Shown here one piece after another: positions 47,363 through 56,058 of a stretch of DNA of 64,000 nucleotides (position 1 is its first letter; every line of letters begins with the position of its first letter). The position numbers were made by a program, and so were the translations under genes. Under the pieces are notes generated by a model that was given only the letters and a program-made list of their open reading frames with translations, had not been told where the DNA came from and made no database searches. This DNA is from Bacteroidales bacterium (lineage in GTDB: Bacteria; Bacteroidota; Bacteroidia; Bacteroidales; VadinHA17), in NCBI GenBank assembly GCA_038325595.1, contig JBBQJD010000002.1, positions 4,930-68,929 of the forward strand, read 5' to 3'.

Positions 47363-48352
47363 TTACCTTTTGTCTTTTAAAAGAATCTCCCCCAGCTTTT
47401 TTAAGATTGTCCGTCCCCGTGAAGTAATTCCTGCAGTGCTGTCTTCCAGTATTATTTTTATCGATGCTGCCAGTTCAAGAGCAAGGTCAGGATATATCAA
47501 CGACAACCTGTATAGAATTTCCATCGAATAAGCTTTAATAGCAATAGCTGAAAAACCCGATTTTAGTGCAGTAAAGCAGTGATCAGCAAGGATACCCTGA
47601 TGTTTGCTGCTGAATCGTGACAAATCGCTCATTGATATTATACGTAGAAATGATCTTTCTGCACTTTCATTTTCAAGATTGTTCAGGGCTTCGATTATCT
47701 GTGAAATATATGGGGTAATCAATTCCGGAAATCTGTCGCATACTTTGGTAAGTGACCATGAAGCCCTGAATGCAAGCTTCTTGTCAGGTGAGAAAGAGAA
47801 TTCAATTAGTCTCCTGAATATTACCGGGTTATCGATTGCCGATGCGGCTACCCATTCAGCTTCTTTCATCCCCATTATCTGGTTGACCATTTCCTGAAGA
47901 CCGGCATCATCAACCGATTCCTGTGACAAAAGGTTTTTTGTCTGTGCTTCATGTATTTCCATATTCCCGAACGAATCAAGAAAATCGTTGGCTACCAGCA
48001 AATCAGCTTCACAAAAGTCAACAGACTTAAAATCTTTGTCCTTGATCCATCTGTAAGCGAGATGCTCGGAAAGGAATGGCAGCTCATCGATCGTATCGCA
48101 AATGAAAGGGTACAGCCTGACCTGTTTGTGCCCATAATCATATTCCACAGGATCAAGTTTTCCGCAAATCACGATATTCATCGACAACTCCTCATCAATT
48201 TCCCTGATGATACATGATTCCGGACTTTCATCCTGAGCAATCTTCCCGCCGGGAAATTCCCATTTAAAAGGATGATCTGACTTTTCACCACGCTGCACAA
48301 CAAGGATTTCATTCTCTTCATTCCGCATTATTGCACATGTTACATCGATCAT
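47363..48352 (-). CDS. NUDIX hydrolase (MutT-like) fused to a ~200-aa helical-repeat (HEAT/ARM-like) C-terminal domain
   Basis: 329 aa. Nudix box GKWEFPGGKIAQDESPESCIIREIDEELS. The C-terminal half is alpha-helical with no catalytic motif. Confidence 0.7.
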   Translation of the reverse strand: MIDVTCAIMRNEENEILVVQRGEKSDHPFKWEFPGGKIAQDESPESCIIREIDEELSMNIVICGKLDPVEYDYGHKQVRLYPFICDTIDELPFLSEHLAYRWIKDKDFKSVDFCEADLLVANDFLDSFGNMEIHEAQTKNLLSQESVDDAGLQEMVNQIMGMKEAEWVAASAIDNPVIFRRLIEFSFSPDKKLAFRASWSLTKVCDRFPELITPYISQIIEALNNLENESAERSFLRIISMSDLSRFSSKHQGILADHCFTALKSGFSAIAIKAYSMEILYRLSLIYPDLALELAASIKIILEDSTAGITSRGRTILKKLGEILLKDKR

Positions 48353-48384
48353 TATTATCTATCTATATGCTGTAAATCAGGGTA

Positions 48385-48909
48385 TTATAAAAGCTCCTCA
48401 TACAAAGGGATGACATTCAGATATTCATAACCTGGTTTTTCGTTAGTCAGAATGCATGCATAATGCACCATTCCGTTTGTAACAACAATCCGGGGCACCC
48501 TGAAGCCCATATTATAACATACAATCTGATCAAAAACATCCTCATCAATCTTTACATCAGGCGACTTGCATTCAACAACCATGACCGGCTTTCCCAGCCT
48601 GTTATGCACGAGGATATCCACTCTTCTCTTCATTTTATTCCAGCGTGTCAGAACTTCAATTCCAATCAGTCCGGCCGGATATTTTCCTTCATTTACAAGA
48701 TACTGTACAAAGTTCTGACGCACCCATTCCTCCGGAGTAAGTTTAACAAATCTCCTTCGTATGGAATCAAAAATCATTTTCTGATCTTCATTTCCTCTTA
48801 TTTTGAAGGAATATTCCGGCAGATTTAACTGTTTCAACTTAGTTTTGTATTTTTGACTAATGGAAAAGTATAATACCAATCCTGCTCCTTTTAAATAGCT
48901 TTGCATCAA
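48385..48909 (-). CDS. Type I restriction enzyme HsdR N-terminal-domain-only protein (stand-alone PD-(D/E)xK-like)
   Basis: About 170 aa. IFDSIRRRFVKLTPEEWVRQNFVQYL ... RVDILV ... VVECK pattern of the HSDR_N_2 family. Confidence 0.65.
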   Translation of the reverse strand: MMQSYLKGAGLVLYFSISQKYKTKLKQLNLPEYSFKIRGNEDQKMIFDSIRRRFVKLTPEEWVRQNFVQYLVNEGKYPAGLIGIEVLTRWNKMKRRVDILVHNRLGKPVMVVECKSPDVKIDEDVFDQIVCYNMGFRVPRIVVTNGMVHYACILTNEKPGYEYLNVIPLYEELL

Positions 48910-49004
48910 CTTATCAATTGCTCCTATATCTCTGATGAGAAAAAGAGCAATAATGATAAAGCTTTTTACAAATATATTGAGATAAAATTAACTGAAATTA
49001 ATAT

Positions 49005-49775
49005 ATGAAGACCAAAGAAGATATTGTTAATAACTGGCTTCCAAGGTACACGGGTAAGACGATCGAAAGTTTCGGAAAATATTTCCTTCTGACAAATTAT
49101 TTATACTATGTTGAACTGTTTGCAAAATGGAACAAGGTAGAAGTAGAAGGAAAGGACAGGAATATGCCAAGTGCCACATCAAACGGAATCACGATTATCA
49201 ATTTCGGAATGGGAAGCCCGAATGCAGCTACAATTATGGATCTGCTAAGCGCTGTTAGTCCGAATGCAGTACTGTTCCTTGGAAAATGCGGAGGCTTAAA
49301 GAAGAAAAACACTCTTGGTGACCTCATACTTCCTATTGCAGCCATCAGAAGCGATGGTACGTCAAACGATTACCTTCCCAGCGAGGTACCTGCCCTTCCC
49401 GCCTTCAAGCTTCAGAGTGCTATTTCTGCGACAATAATACGTTACAAGAAAGAGTACTGGACAGGAACCGTATATACAACAAACAGAAGAGTATGGGAAT
49501 ATGACGACAGGTTTAAAAAATATCTTGTAAAGACACGTGCCATGGCTATTGATATGGAAACAGCTACTATTTTCACGGTTGGTTTTGCGAATGAAATCCC
49601 TACAGGTGCACTTCTGCTGGTCTCGGATCAGCCTATGATATCCACAGGCATAAAAACACAGGCAAGCGATAATGCCGTAACAAAAAAGTTTGTCGAGATG
49701 CATCTGAAGATAGGCATCGATGCCTTAAGGGAAATTATTGACAATGGAATTTCTGTTAAACACCTCAGATTCTGA
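49005..49775 (+). CDS. amn: AMP nucleosidase (short Bacteroidota form, PNP/UDP-1 fold)
   Basis: 256 aa. NWLPRYTG, NFGMGSPNAATIMDLL, FLGKCGGLK and ILPIAAIRSDGTSNDY. Confidence 0.7.
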   Translation: MKTKEDIVNNWLPRYTGKTIESFGKYFLLTNYLYYVELFAKWNKVEVEGKDRNMPSATSNGITIINFGMGSPNAATIMDLLSAVSPNAVLFLGKCGGLKKKNTLGDLILPIAAIRSDGTSNDYLPSEVPALPAFKLQSAISATIIRYKKEYWTGTVYTTNRRVWEYDDRFKKYLVKTRAMAIDMETATIFTVGFANEIPTGALLLVSDQPMISTGIKTQASDNAVTKKFVEMHLKIGIDALREIIDNGISVKHLRF

Positions 49776-49777
49776 TC

Positions 49778-50788
49778 ATGGCTGCTACCTACGATGAAAT
49801 AATTTCCGATCTTAAAAAAAGAATATTCAAACCTGTTTATTTTCTTGCCGGGGAAGAGCCTTATTATATAGATCTTATAGTCAATTATATAGAAGATAAG
49901 GTATTGCCGGAAAATGAAAAAGCTTTTAACCAGATGATCATTTACGGTGATGACACCAACGTTCCTGCAATAATCGATACAGCCCGCCGGTTCCCGATGA
50001 TGGCAAGTCACCAGGTTGTTATAATAAAGGAAGCACAATCGTTGAAAAAAATTGAAGATATTGCCTTATATCTTGAAAAACCGCTGCTGTCAACTATACT
50101 TGTCTTCAGTTACAAATATAAGTCCCTTGACAAGAGAACAAAGCTGTTCAAAACACTTGAAAGTCAGGGTGTATATTTTGAGTCAGCCAGGGTGCGTGAT
50201 TACCAGATTCCTGCATGGATTGAGAGATATCTCATGACCAAAGGCATTAAAACCGATCCTAATGCCTGTGCCATGCTGACCGAGTATCTTGGAACTGATC
50301 TTCACAAGATAGTTAATGAGTTGGAAAAGCTTATCATCAACCTTCCGGCAGGGAAACCCCTGATTACAACATCCCTGATTGAAGCCAACATAGGAATAAG
50401 CAAGGATTACAACAACTTTGAGCTGCAGAAGGCAATAGGGGAAAGAGACATACTAAAGGCGAACATGATAATTCACTATTTCGCAAATAATCCAAAGGAC
50501 AATCCTGTAACTCTTTCATTTGCATCACTTTTCAGCTTTTTCAGCAAGCTTCTGTTCTACCACTATACTGCTGATAAATCAAAAAACAATGTAGCAGCAG
50601 TATTAAAGGTTAATCCCTATTTTGTAAAGGATTACGAAAGCTCGGCATCAAAATATAATGTGGCAAAGACGGTGCAGATAATAAGTCTTCTGCGAACCTA
50701 TGACCTGCGGTCCAAAGGTTTTGAGGATCCGGGAACTGAGCCCGGTGATCTGCTTAAGGAACTTGCATATAAAATACTGCACATCTGA
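49778..50788 (+). CDS. holA: DNA polymerase III delta subunit
   Basis: 336 aa. N-terminal PVYFLAGEEPYYIDL and overall HolA-like layout. The start lies 2 nt after the amn stop. Confidence 0.75.
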   Translation: MAATYDEIISDLKKRIFKPVYFLAGEEPYYIDLIVNYIEDKVLPENEKAFNQMIIYGDDTNVPAIIDTARRFPMMASHQVVIIKEAQSLKKIEDIALYLEKPLLSTILVFSYKYKSLDKRTKLFKTLESQGVYFESARVRDYQIPAWIERYLMTKGIKTDPNACAMLTEYLGTDLHKIVNELEKLIINLPAGKPLITTSLIEANIGISKDYNNFELQKAIGERDILKANMIIHYFANNPKDNPVTLSFASLFSFFSKLLFYHYTADKSKNNVAAVLKVNPYFVKDYESSASKYNVAKTVQIISLLRTYDLRSKGFEDPGTEPGDLLKELAYKILHI

Positions 50789-50799
50789 TTTGGGCATTA

Positions 50800-51420
50800 T
50801 CAGTTCATCTCCGGAGAATCCGGAAATTCGGCCCACATCCTGTATTTGTTCTTAAAGCTTCTGAGAACTCTCTTCCATGTATCATCACCCCGGTTATTCA
50901 TTACTATATCAGACTTTACCCTTGCTATCATCCATGAATCCTCTTTCAGCTCACGGTCGAGCTGTCCGGATGACCAGCCTGAATAACCAAGAAAGAATCT
51001 GATCTGTGACTGATTGATACGGCCTAAACTGATCAGTTCCCTGACAGTATCAAGATCTCCGCCCCAGTATATATTCCCGGCCACGAGCACACTTCCGGGA
51101 ATCATATCTCCCAGGTTATGAAGAAAATGAAGAGTATCAGGAGCTACAGGACCACCCATATTCAGATTTTCATCCCAGTTTTGGAAGCCTTCAATGGCAG
51201 CACTTATTTTTAAATCGAGCCTTCTGTTCAGAATAAAACCGACTGAACCTTCCGGATTATGATCTGTGAGATATACTATGCTGCGGTTAAAAAATGTGTC
51301 TGGAAGGAATGGTTCTGAAATCAGGATCTTGCCTTTCTCCGGTATTTTATCTTCCGGCATTATTGCAAACAAATCCATTTCAGGTTGCATACAGTGAAAG
51401 TATTTCAAAATAATATACAA
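50800..51420 (-). CDS. YqgE/AlgH family protein (UPF0301); the true start is probably an internal Met (51390 or 51378)
   Basis: ILISEPFLPDTFFNRSIVYLTDHNPEGSVGFILNR and GGPV..D.L..LH blocks are typical of this family. Confidence 0.8.
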   Translation of the reverse strand: MYIILKYFHCMQPEMDLFAIMPEDKIPEKGKILISEPFLPDTFFNRSIVYLTDHNPEGSVGFILNRRLDLKISAAIEGFQNWDENLNMGGPVAPDTLHFLHNLGDMIPGSVLVAGNIYWGGDLDTVRELISLGRINQSQIRFFLGYSGWSSGQLDRELKEDSWMIARVKSDIVMNNRGDDTWKRVLRSFKNKYRMWAEFPDSPEMN

Positions 51421-51456
51421 AAATAGCTAAGTAATAGCTAATCATCAATTAAATTT

Positions 51457-53259
51457 GTGATATTTTTAATTTATCTGTTAAATATTACTATGCAAAAAAG
51501 TACTCTGAGGATAGTCGGGAATAAAGCTGTCCTGAATATCCGTGAAAGAATGTGTGAAACAGCTGACGAGATGCTCAAAACCGATAAATTCCGCGCTGTA
51601 CTTGATCTTTGTCTTGAAAATCTAAGGGCGAAAAATTCACCCTTGCTTGAAATTTTCGGAGAAAACGAATTAAACAAGGAATCTGTAGACGATCTGCAAC
51701 AGACACTCTCACTTCTGTATAAATATGAGCAACATGTAGTACCTCATATATTTGAAAAGGCACCTGTCTTTATGAAAAATCTTGATAAGCTGGCAGGCTT
51801 TGTGGAATATCTTTATGATTTCTGGAGACATTTCGACCGGTTTATAATTAATGATTCTCATGGTGATCGTCTTGACAAAAGGCCGTATCGCACCTTTAAT
51901 GAAACAATTGAACAGCTCACACATCTTATACGTACTGCTTACAGGCATATTCAGGAAAACATCTCTGGTAGTCACCCCAATGTTTACAGGCAGGTTCCTG
52001 CCGGAGCAGAAGTGGCTGTGATATCGCTCCCAAAAGATATATTATATACCGGGCAGAAATATAAGAAGCTCAATACCATTCCTGTGATCCGTCAGATGCT
52101 GATTTATCCTCCACTGGTGATCCAGCAGCCGATGAATAAGCGAACAGGACATTTTAAGCTGATAAATAAAAATCCAATTGACCTTGCAGATCTGAAATCA
52201 GATGAATGGATCTGTTTTCCTGCAAAAGTTGGCAAGCTTTTGATAATGACCTATTTTCATTTGGAGTTCTTTGAACTTGGTTTCTCCATGTGTAACCTTT
52301 TCCAGCTTGCTGACGACAAGGATCTTGAACAAAAGCCTGATGCTCTCTTTTTATACGGAATTCCTGGTAATGCACTTGACGGACTATCAAAATATGCAAC
52401 CGTGTTTTATGATGATGAGGAAAATGGAATATTTGTAGGAGCCATCCCCAACAGACAGGAATTTGGTTATTTCGGCTACCTTAAGAAGATGATCCTTACA
52501 CTTCATAATTCCATAATTATGAAGCTCGGAAAAATGCCGTTCCATGGCGCCATGATCAAAATACTGCTTCAGGGAAACAAGAAAGCAACAATACTGATGA
52601 TGGGCGACACAGGAGCCGGCAAATCCGAAACACTCGAAGCGTTCAGGGTGCTTGGAGAAAAACACATACGCGAACTCACGATCATTGCAGACGATATGGG
52701 TTCAATTGAGCTCGATCAGGAAGGTTATCCAATAGGCTATGGAACAGAGATCGGAGCTTTCCTCCGCCTTGATGATTTACAACCGGGATATGCCTTTGGT
52801 CACCTCGACAGATCCATTATTATGAATCCCAGCCAGGTAAATGCCCGTATTGTTTTCCCCGTAACCACTTTCGATACATTAATCCTTGGACATAAAATCG
52901 ACTATATTCTTTATGTCAACAACTACGAGGAAATTGATGGCGACCACCCCGTTATAGAAAAATTCAGTACAGAGGAATGGGCGCTTGATATCTTCCGGGA
53001 AGGAGCAGTTATGAGCAAGGGAACAACAACATCATCCGGACTTGTACACTCTTATTTTGCAAATATTTTCGGACCACCGGAATACAAATGCATTCATGAA
53101 GAGATAGTAGCTAAATTCTTCAAAGCATTCTTCAAGAGCAATGTCTTTGTAGGCCAGATGCGTACCAGGCTTGGTATTGCAGGATATGAAACGAGCGGAC
53201 CAAGGGATGCAGCATTGGAATTGCTAAGAATAATCGGCGTGGAGGATCCGGGAAAATAA
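51457..53259 (+). CDS. Uncharacterised ~590-aa protein with a C-terminal HprK/PEPCK-like P-loop domain; likely start ATG 51490
   Basis: FHGAMIKILLQGNKKATILMMGDTGAGKSETLEAF...IIADDMGSIE resembles the HPr kinase C-terminal domain (HG..V...G.G.LI.G.SG.GKSE.AL.L....LVADD). The N-terminal 350 aa are unassignable. Confidence 0.5.
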   Translation: MIFLIYLLNITMQKSTLRIVGNKAVLNIRERMCETADEMLKTDKFRAVLDLCLENLRAKNSPLLEIFGENELNKESVDDLQQTLSLLYKYEQHVVPHIFEKAPVFMKNLDKLAGFVEYLYDFWRHFDRFIINDSHGDRLDKRPYRTFNETIEQLTHLIRTAYRHIQENISGSHPNVYRQVPAGAEVAVISLPKDILYTGQKYKKLNTIPVIRQMLIYPPLVIQQPMNKRTGHFKLINKNPIDLADLKSDEWICFPAKVGKLLIMTYFHLEFFELGFSMCNLFQLADDKDLEQKPDALFLYGIPGNALDGLSKYATVFYDDEENGIFVGAIPNRQEFGYFGYLKKMILTLHNSIIMKLGKMPFHGAMIKILLQGNKKATILMMGDTGAGKSETLEAFRVLGEKHIRELTIIADDMGSIELDQEGYPIGYGTEIGAFLRLDDLQPGYAFGHLDRSIIMNPSQVNARIVFPVTTFDTLILGHKIDYILYVNNYEEIDGDHPVIEKFSTEEWALDIFREGAVMSKGTTTSSGLVHSYFANIFGPPEYKCIHEEIVAKFFKAFFKSNVFVGQMRTRLGIAGYETSGPRDAALELLRIIGVEDPGK

Positions 53260-53280
53260 AAAATAAAAATCCATTAACCG

Positions 53281-55719
53281 CTAGTACTTCTCCGGTAGAG
53301 CCTCCTTCATCATAGCATAAATAACATCAAAGATATCCTCGGCACTTGGCTTGGAAAAATAATCCCCGTCAGTTGTGTATGCCGGACGATGTTCCTTTGC
53401 CGTGAGAGTCTTTGGCGGACTGTCAAGATATTGCCAGGCTCCCTGTTTCTCCAGAACTTCCTGCATCATATATGCAGTGGTACCTCCCGGAACATCCTCG
53501 TCGAGGAAGAGAATCCTGTTTGTTTTCTTAACTGATTCAAGTATGACCTTATTGATATCAAATGGCACAAGAGTCTGAAGATCTATTAGTTCGGCAGATA
53601 TATTATGAGAAGCCAGATGATTGACAGCAATATAAGCCACCTTAATTGTAGAACCGTAGGTGACAACGGTCAAATCGGTTCCAGGTATAAGGATCTCCGG
53701 TATGCCGAGAGGAATCCGTACATCAGCTAAATTATCAGGCAGTTTTTCTTTTAACCTGTATCCATTAAGCGGTTCAATGACGATCGCAGGATCATTACCC
53801 TCAAGAAGAGTATTATAGAAACCTGCTGCCCTGACCAGATCTCTCGGAGAACATACATATACACCCCTTACAGAGTTAATAAGCATGCTCATTGGAGACC
53901 CTGAATGCCATACACCTTCCAGACGGTGACCTCTTGTACTTATTATCAGGGGAGCCATCATCCTTCCGGCCGTCCTGTAATAAGTTGTAGCCAGATCATC
54001 GCTTAAAAGCTGTAAAGCATACATCAGATAGTCGAGATACTGAATTTCGGCAATCGGACGGAGGCCTCTCAATGCCAGTCCGATGCCCTGACCGAGAATC
54101 GTCGCTTCCCTGATTCCGGTATCCGTAATACGTAATTCTCCGTATTTCTTTTGAAGTCCTTCAAGAGATTGGTTTACACCTCCGATATGGCCGACATCCT
54201 CACCGAAAATCAGAAGCTTAGGATATTTTGCAAAAAGCCTGTCATAATTTTCCCTTAATATCTGCCTGCCAGGAACTTCCTGTGATTCAGCAGAATATAT
54301 AGGATCAACGGCTTTAACATTAAGTACTGATGTAGGCGTTTCATTATAAAGATATGTATCATAGCTTTTTTTCGCATCGTCATAATTCCTTATCAGCCAG
54401 CCATGAAGTTCTTCTTTAAGATTGCCTTTTTTCATGCACGATTCACACACGTTTCTTAAAATCTTTCGTGCTGTAACAAAATTATCCTTCCTTATAGGTG
54501 CAATTACTTTTTTCAGTTCATCGGTATACTCTTCAACCGATTGCTCTTTCGATTCCTCGGTACACATGCATGAACGATCGTTTATTATTTTAACCAGAGC
54601 GTCGCGCTCAACCTTTATCGGATCCTGAAAAGCTTCCCATCCTTTCCTGCGTGATTCTTTTGCCTCTTCTGCTGCCTCTTCTGCAAGTTTTTCAAGCTCT
54701 TCAGCGCTCGCGATGTCCGATTCAATGATCCAGGCTTTCATCCTTTTGATCGGATCAAATTCATCTTCCCACTTCAACCGCTCTTCATTTTTGTACCTCT
54801 CATGCGATCCTGAGGTAGAGTGACCCTGTGGCTGTGTAACATCGTCAATATGAAATACAACTGGAATCTGTTGTTCCCTGCAGATTGCAATACCCTCTTC
54901 ATAGAGCTTCACAAGTCCCGGATAATCCCATCCTTTGCCCTTGAAAATCCGTATACCTGGTTTACCCTTCTCTGTTTCAAATCCTTTTAATAACTCAGAT
55001 ATGCTGCCCTTGGTGGTCTGATATTTTTTAGGCACGGAAATACCATAACCATCATCATAGACAGAAACTGCCAATGGAACCTGCAATACACCTGCAGCAT
55101 TCATCGTTTCCCAAAAATGTCCCTCCGATGTGCTTGCATCGCCTATTGCGGCAAAGGCTACTTCATCGCCTTTATTTGAAAGTGTAGTAAACTGATGCAG
55201 ATCTTTATTCTGACGGAACAATTTTGAGGCCAATGCCAGTCCAAGCGCCCTGGGCATCTGACTTGCTGTCGGAGAAATATCAGCAGATGAGTTCTTTTGT
55301 TTGGTAAGATCGCGCCATGAACCGTCAGGATTAATATTCGGGACAGAAAAATGATTATTGAATACCCTGCCGCCGCTTCCTGTTTTTACAGCACGGTCGG
55401 TATTGCCATACAACTGGTGGAAAAAATCGAGTGAATCATATAATCCCATAGCCATCATCCAGGTCTGATCCCTGTAATATCCTGATCTCCAATCGCCTTC
55501 GCGGAATTGTTTTGCAAGAGCCAACTGAATTATCTCCTTGCCATCACCGAAAATTCCAAATTTTGCTTTTCCTGTAAGAACTTCCCGCCTGCCTATAATA
55601 CTAAGCGTCCTGCTTAGGTTTGCAAGCCGGAAATCTGCAAGTATAATGTCTTTACTTAAGTTATCAATTGTAGGTTTCTCAATTGTAAGGTTAGTGGTTT
55701 GTTTCATCTCTAAATCCAT
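53281..55719 (-). CDS. 2-oxoacid dehydrogenase E1 component, fused alpha/beta subunits (TPP-dependent)
   Basis: 812 aa. The N-terminal half carries the TPP-binding GDASTSEGHFWE..N block. The C-terminal half is transketolase-like (GEDVGHIGGVNQ..GL..K, DTGIREATILG). Confidence 0.85.
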   Translation of the reverse strand: MDLEMKQTTNLTIEKPTIDNLSKDIILADFRLANLSRTLSIIGRREVLTGKAKFGIFGDGKEIIQLALAKQFREGDWRSGYYRDQTWMMAMGLYDSLDFFHQLYGNTDRAVKTGSGGRVFNNHFSVPNINPDGSWRDLTKQKNSSADISPTASQMPRALGLALASKLFRQNKDLHQFTTLSNKGDEVAFAAIGDASTSEGHFWETMNAAGVLQVPLAVSVYDDGYGISVPKKYQTTKGSISELLKGFETEKGKPGIRIFKGKGWDYPGLVKLYEEGIAICREQQIPVVFHIDDVTQPQGHSTSGSHERYKNEERLKWEDEFDPIKRMKAWIIESDIASAEELEKLAEEAAEEAKESRRKGWEAFQDPIKVERDALVKIINDRSCMCTEESKEQSVEEYTDELKKVIAPIRKDNFVTARKILRNVCESCMKKGNLKEELHGWLIRNYDDAKKSYDTYLYNETPTSVLNVKAVDPIYSAESQEVPGRQILRENYDRLFAKYPKLLIFGEDVGHIGGVNQSLEGLQKKYGELRITDTGIREATILGQGIGLALRGLRPIAEIQYLDYLMYALQLLSDDLATTYYRTAGRMMAPLIISTRGHRLEGVWHSGSPMSMLINSVRGVYVCSPRDLVRAAGFYNTLLEGNDPAIVIEPLNGYRLKEKLPDNLADVRIPLGIPEILIPGTDLTVVTYGSTIKVAYIAVNHLASHNISAELIDLQTLVPFDINKVILESVKKTNRILFLDEDVPGGTTAYMMQEVLEKQGAWQYLDSPPKTLTAKEHRPAYTTDGDYFSKPSAEDIFDVIYAMMKEALPEKY

Positions 55720-55835
55720 ATTTTTTTAAAAAAAATGATTCCTTTGTCAATTAAAACAAATAAAAATGGGGGTTGTTTAATACAGGTCATGAAAAGGATA
55801 GTTATCTTTGCGGCATCAGATGAAAGGATTCATAT

Positions 55836-56051
55836 ATGTTTATAAAATTAATCATACTCAGCGCGATATTTTTGGCAATTGCTGCCATAGGTTTTGGCAT
55901 AAGAATACTTCTGAAACCTGATGGGAAATTCCCCGAAACACATGTCAGTAAAAATGAAGAAATGAGAAAACGAGGCCTCACTTGTGCACAGCAAACTGAT
56001 GTGGGATGCAACTCATCAGATGGTTTTCCCGGATGCAGTTGCATGAGATAA
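55836..56051 (+). CDS. Small single-pass membrane protein with a four-Cys C-terminal tail (possible NqrM-like maturation factor, by context only)
   Basis: 71 aa. N-terminal TM helix LIILSAIFLAIAAIGFGI, then C-x7-C-x8-C-x-C. Convergent with apbE, with a 7-nt gap. Confidence 0.5.
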   Translation: MFIKLIILSAIFLAIAAIGFGIRILLKPDGKFPETHVSKNEEMRKRGLTCAQQTDVGCNSSDGFPGCSCMR

Positions 56052-56058
56052 TAATACT

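Noticed and set aside
48385-48909. Type I restriction-modification system
   Set aside because: Only the small N-terminal HsdR-like domain is present. There is no helicase/ATPase part, no hsdM or hsdS, and the neighbourhood is housekeeping (holA, amn). It was not called as a defence system.
55802-56044. 80-aa minus-strand ORF overlapping the small membrane-protein gene
   Set aside because: It has no TM helix or signal and a Pro/Ser/Cys-rich irregular composition. The plus-strand frame gives a clean TM helix plus a Cys-rich tail, so only the plus-strand ORF was kept.
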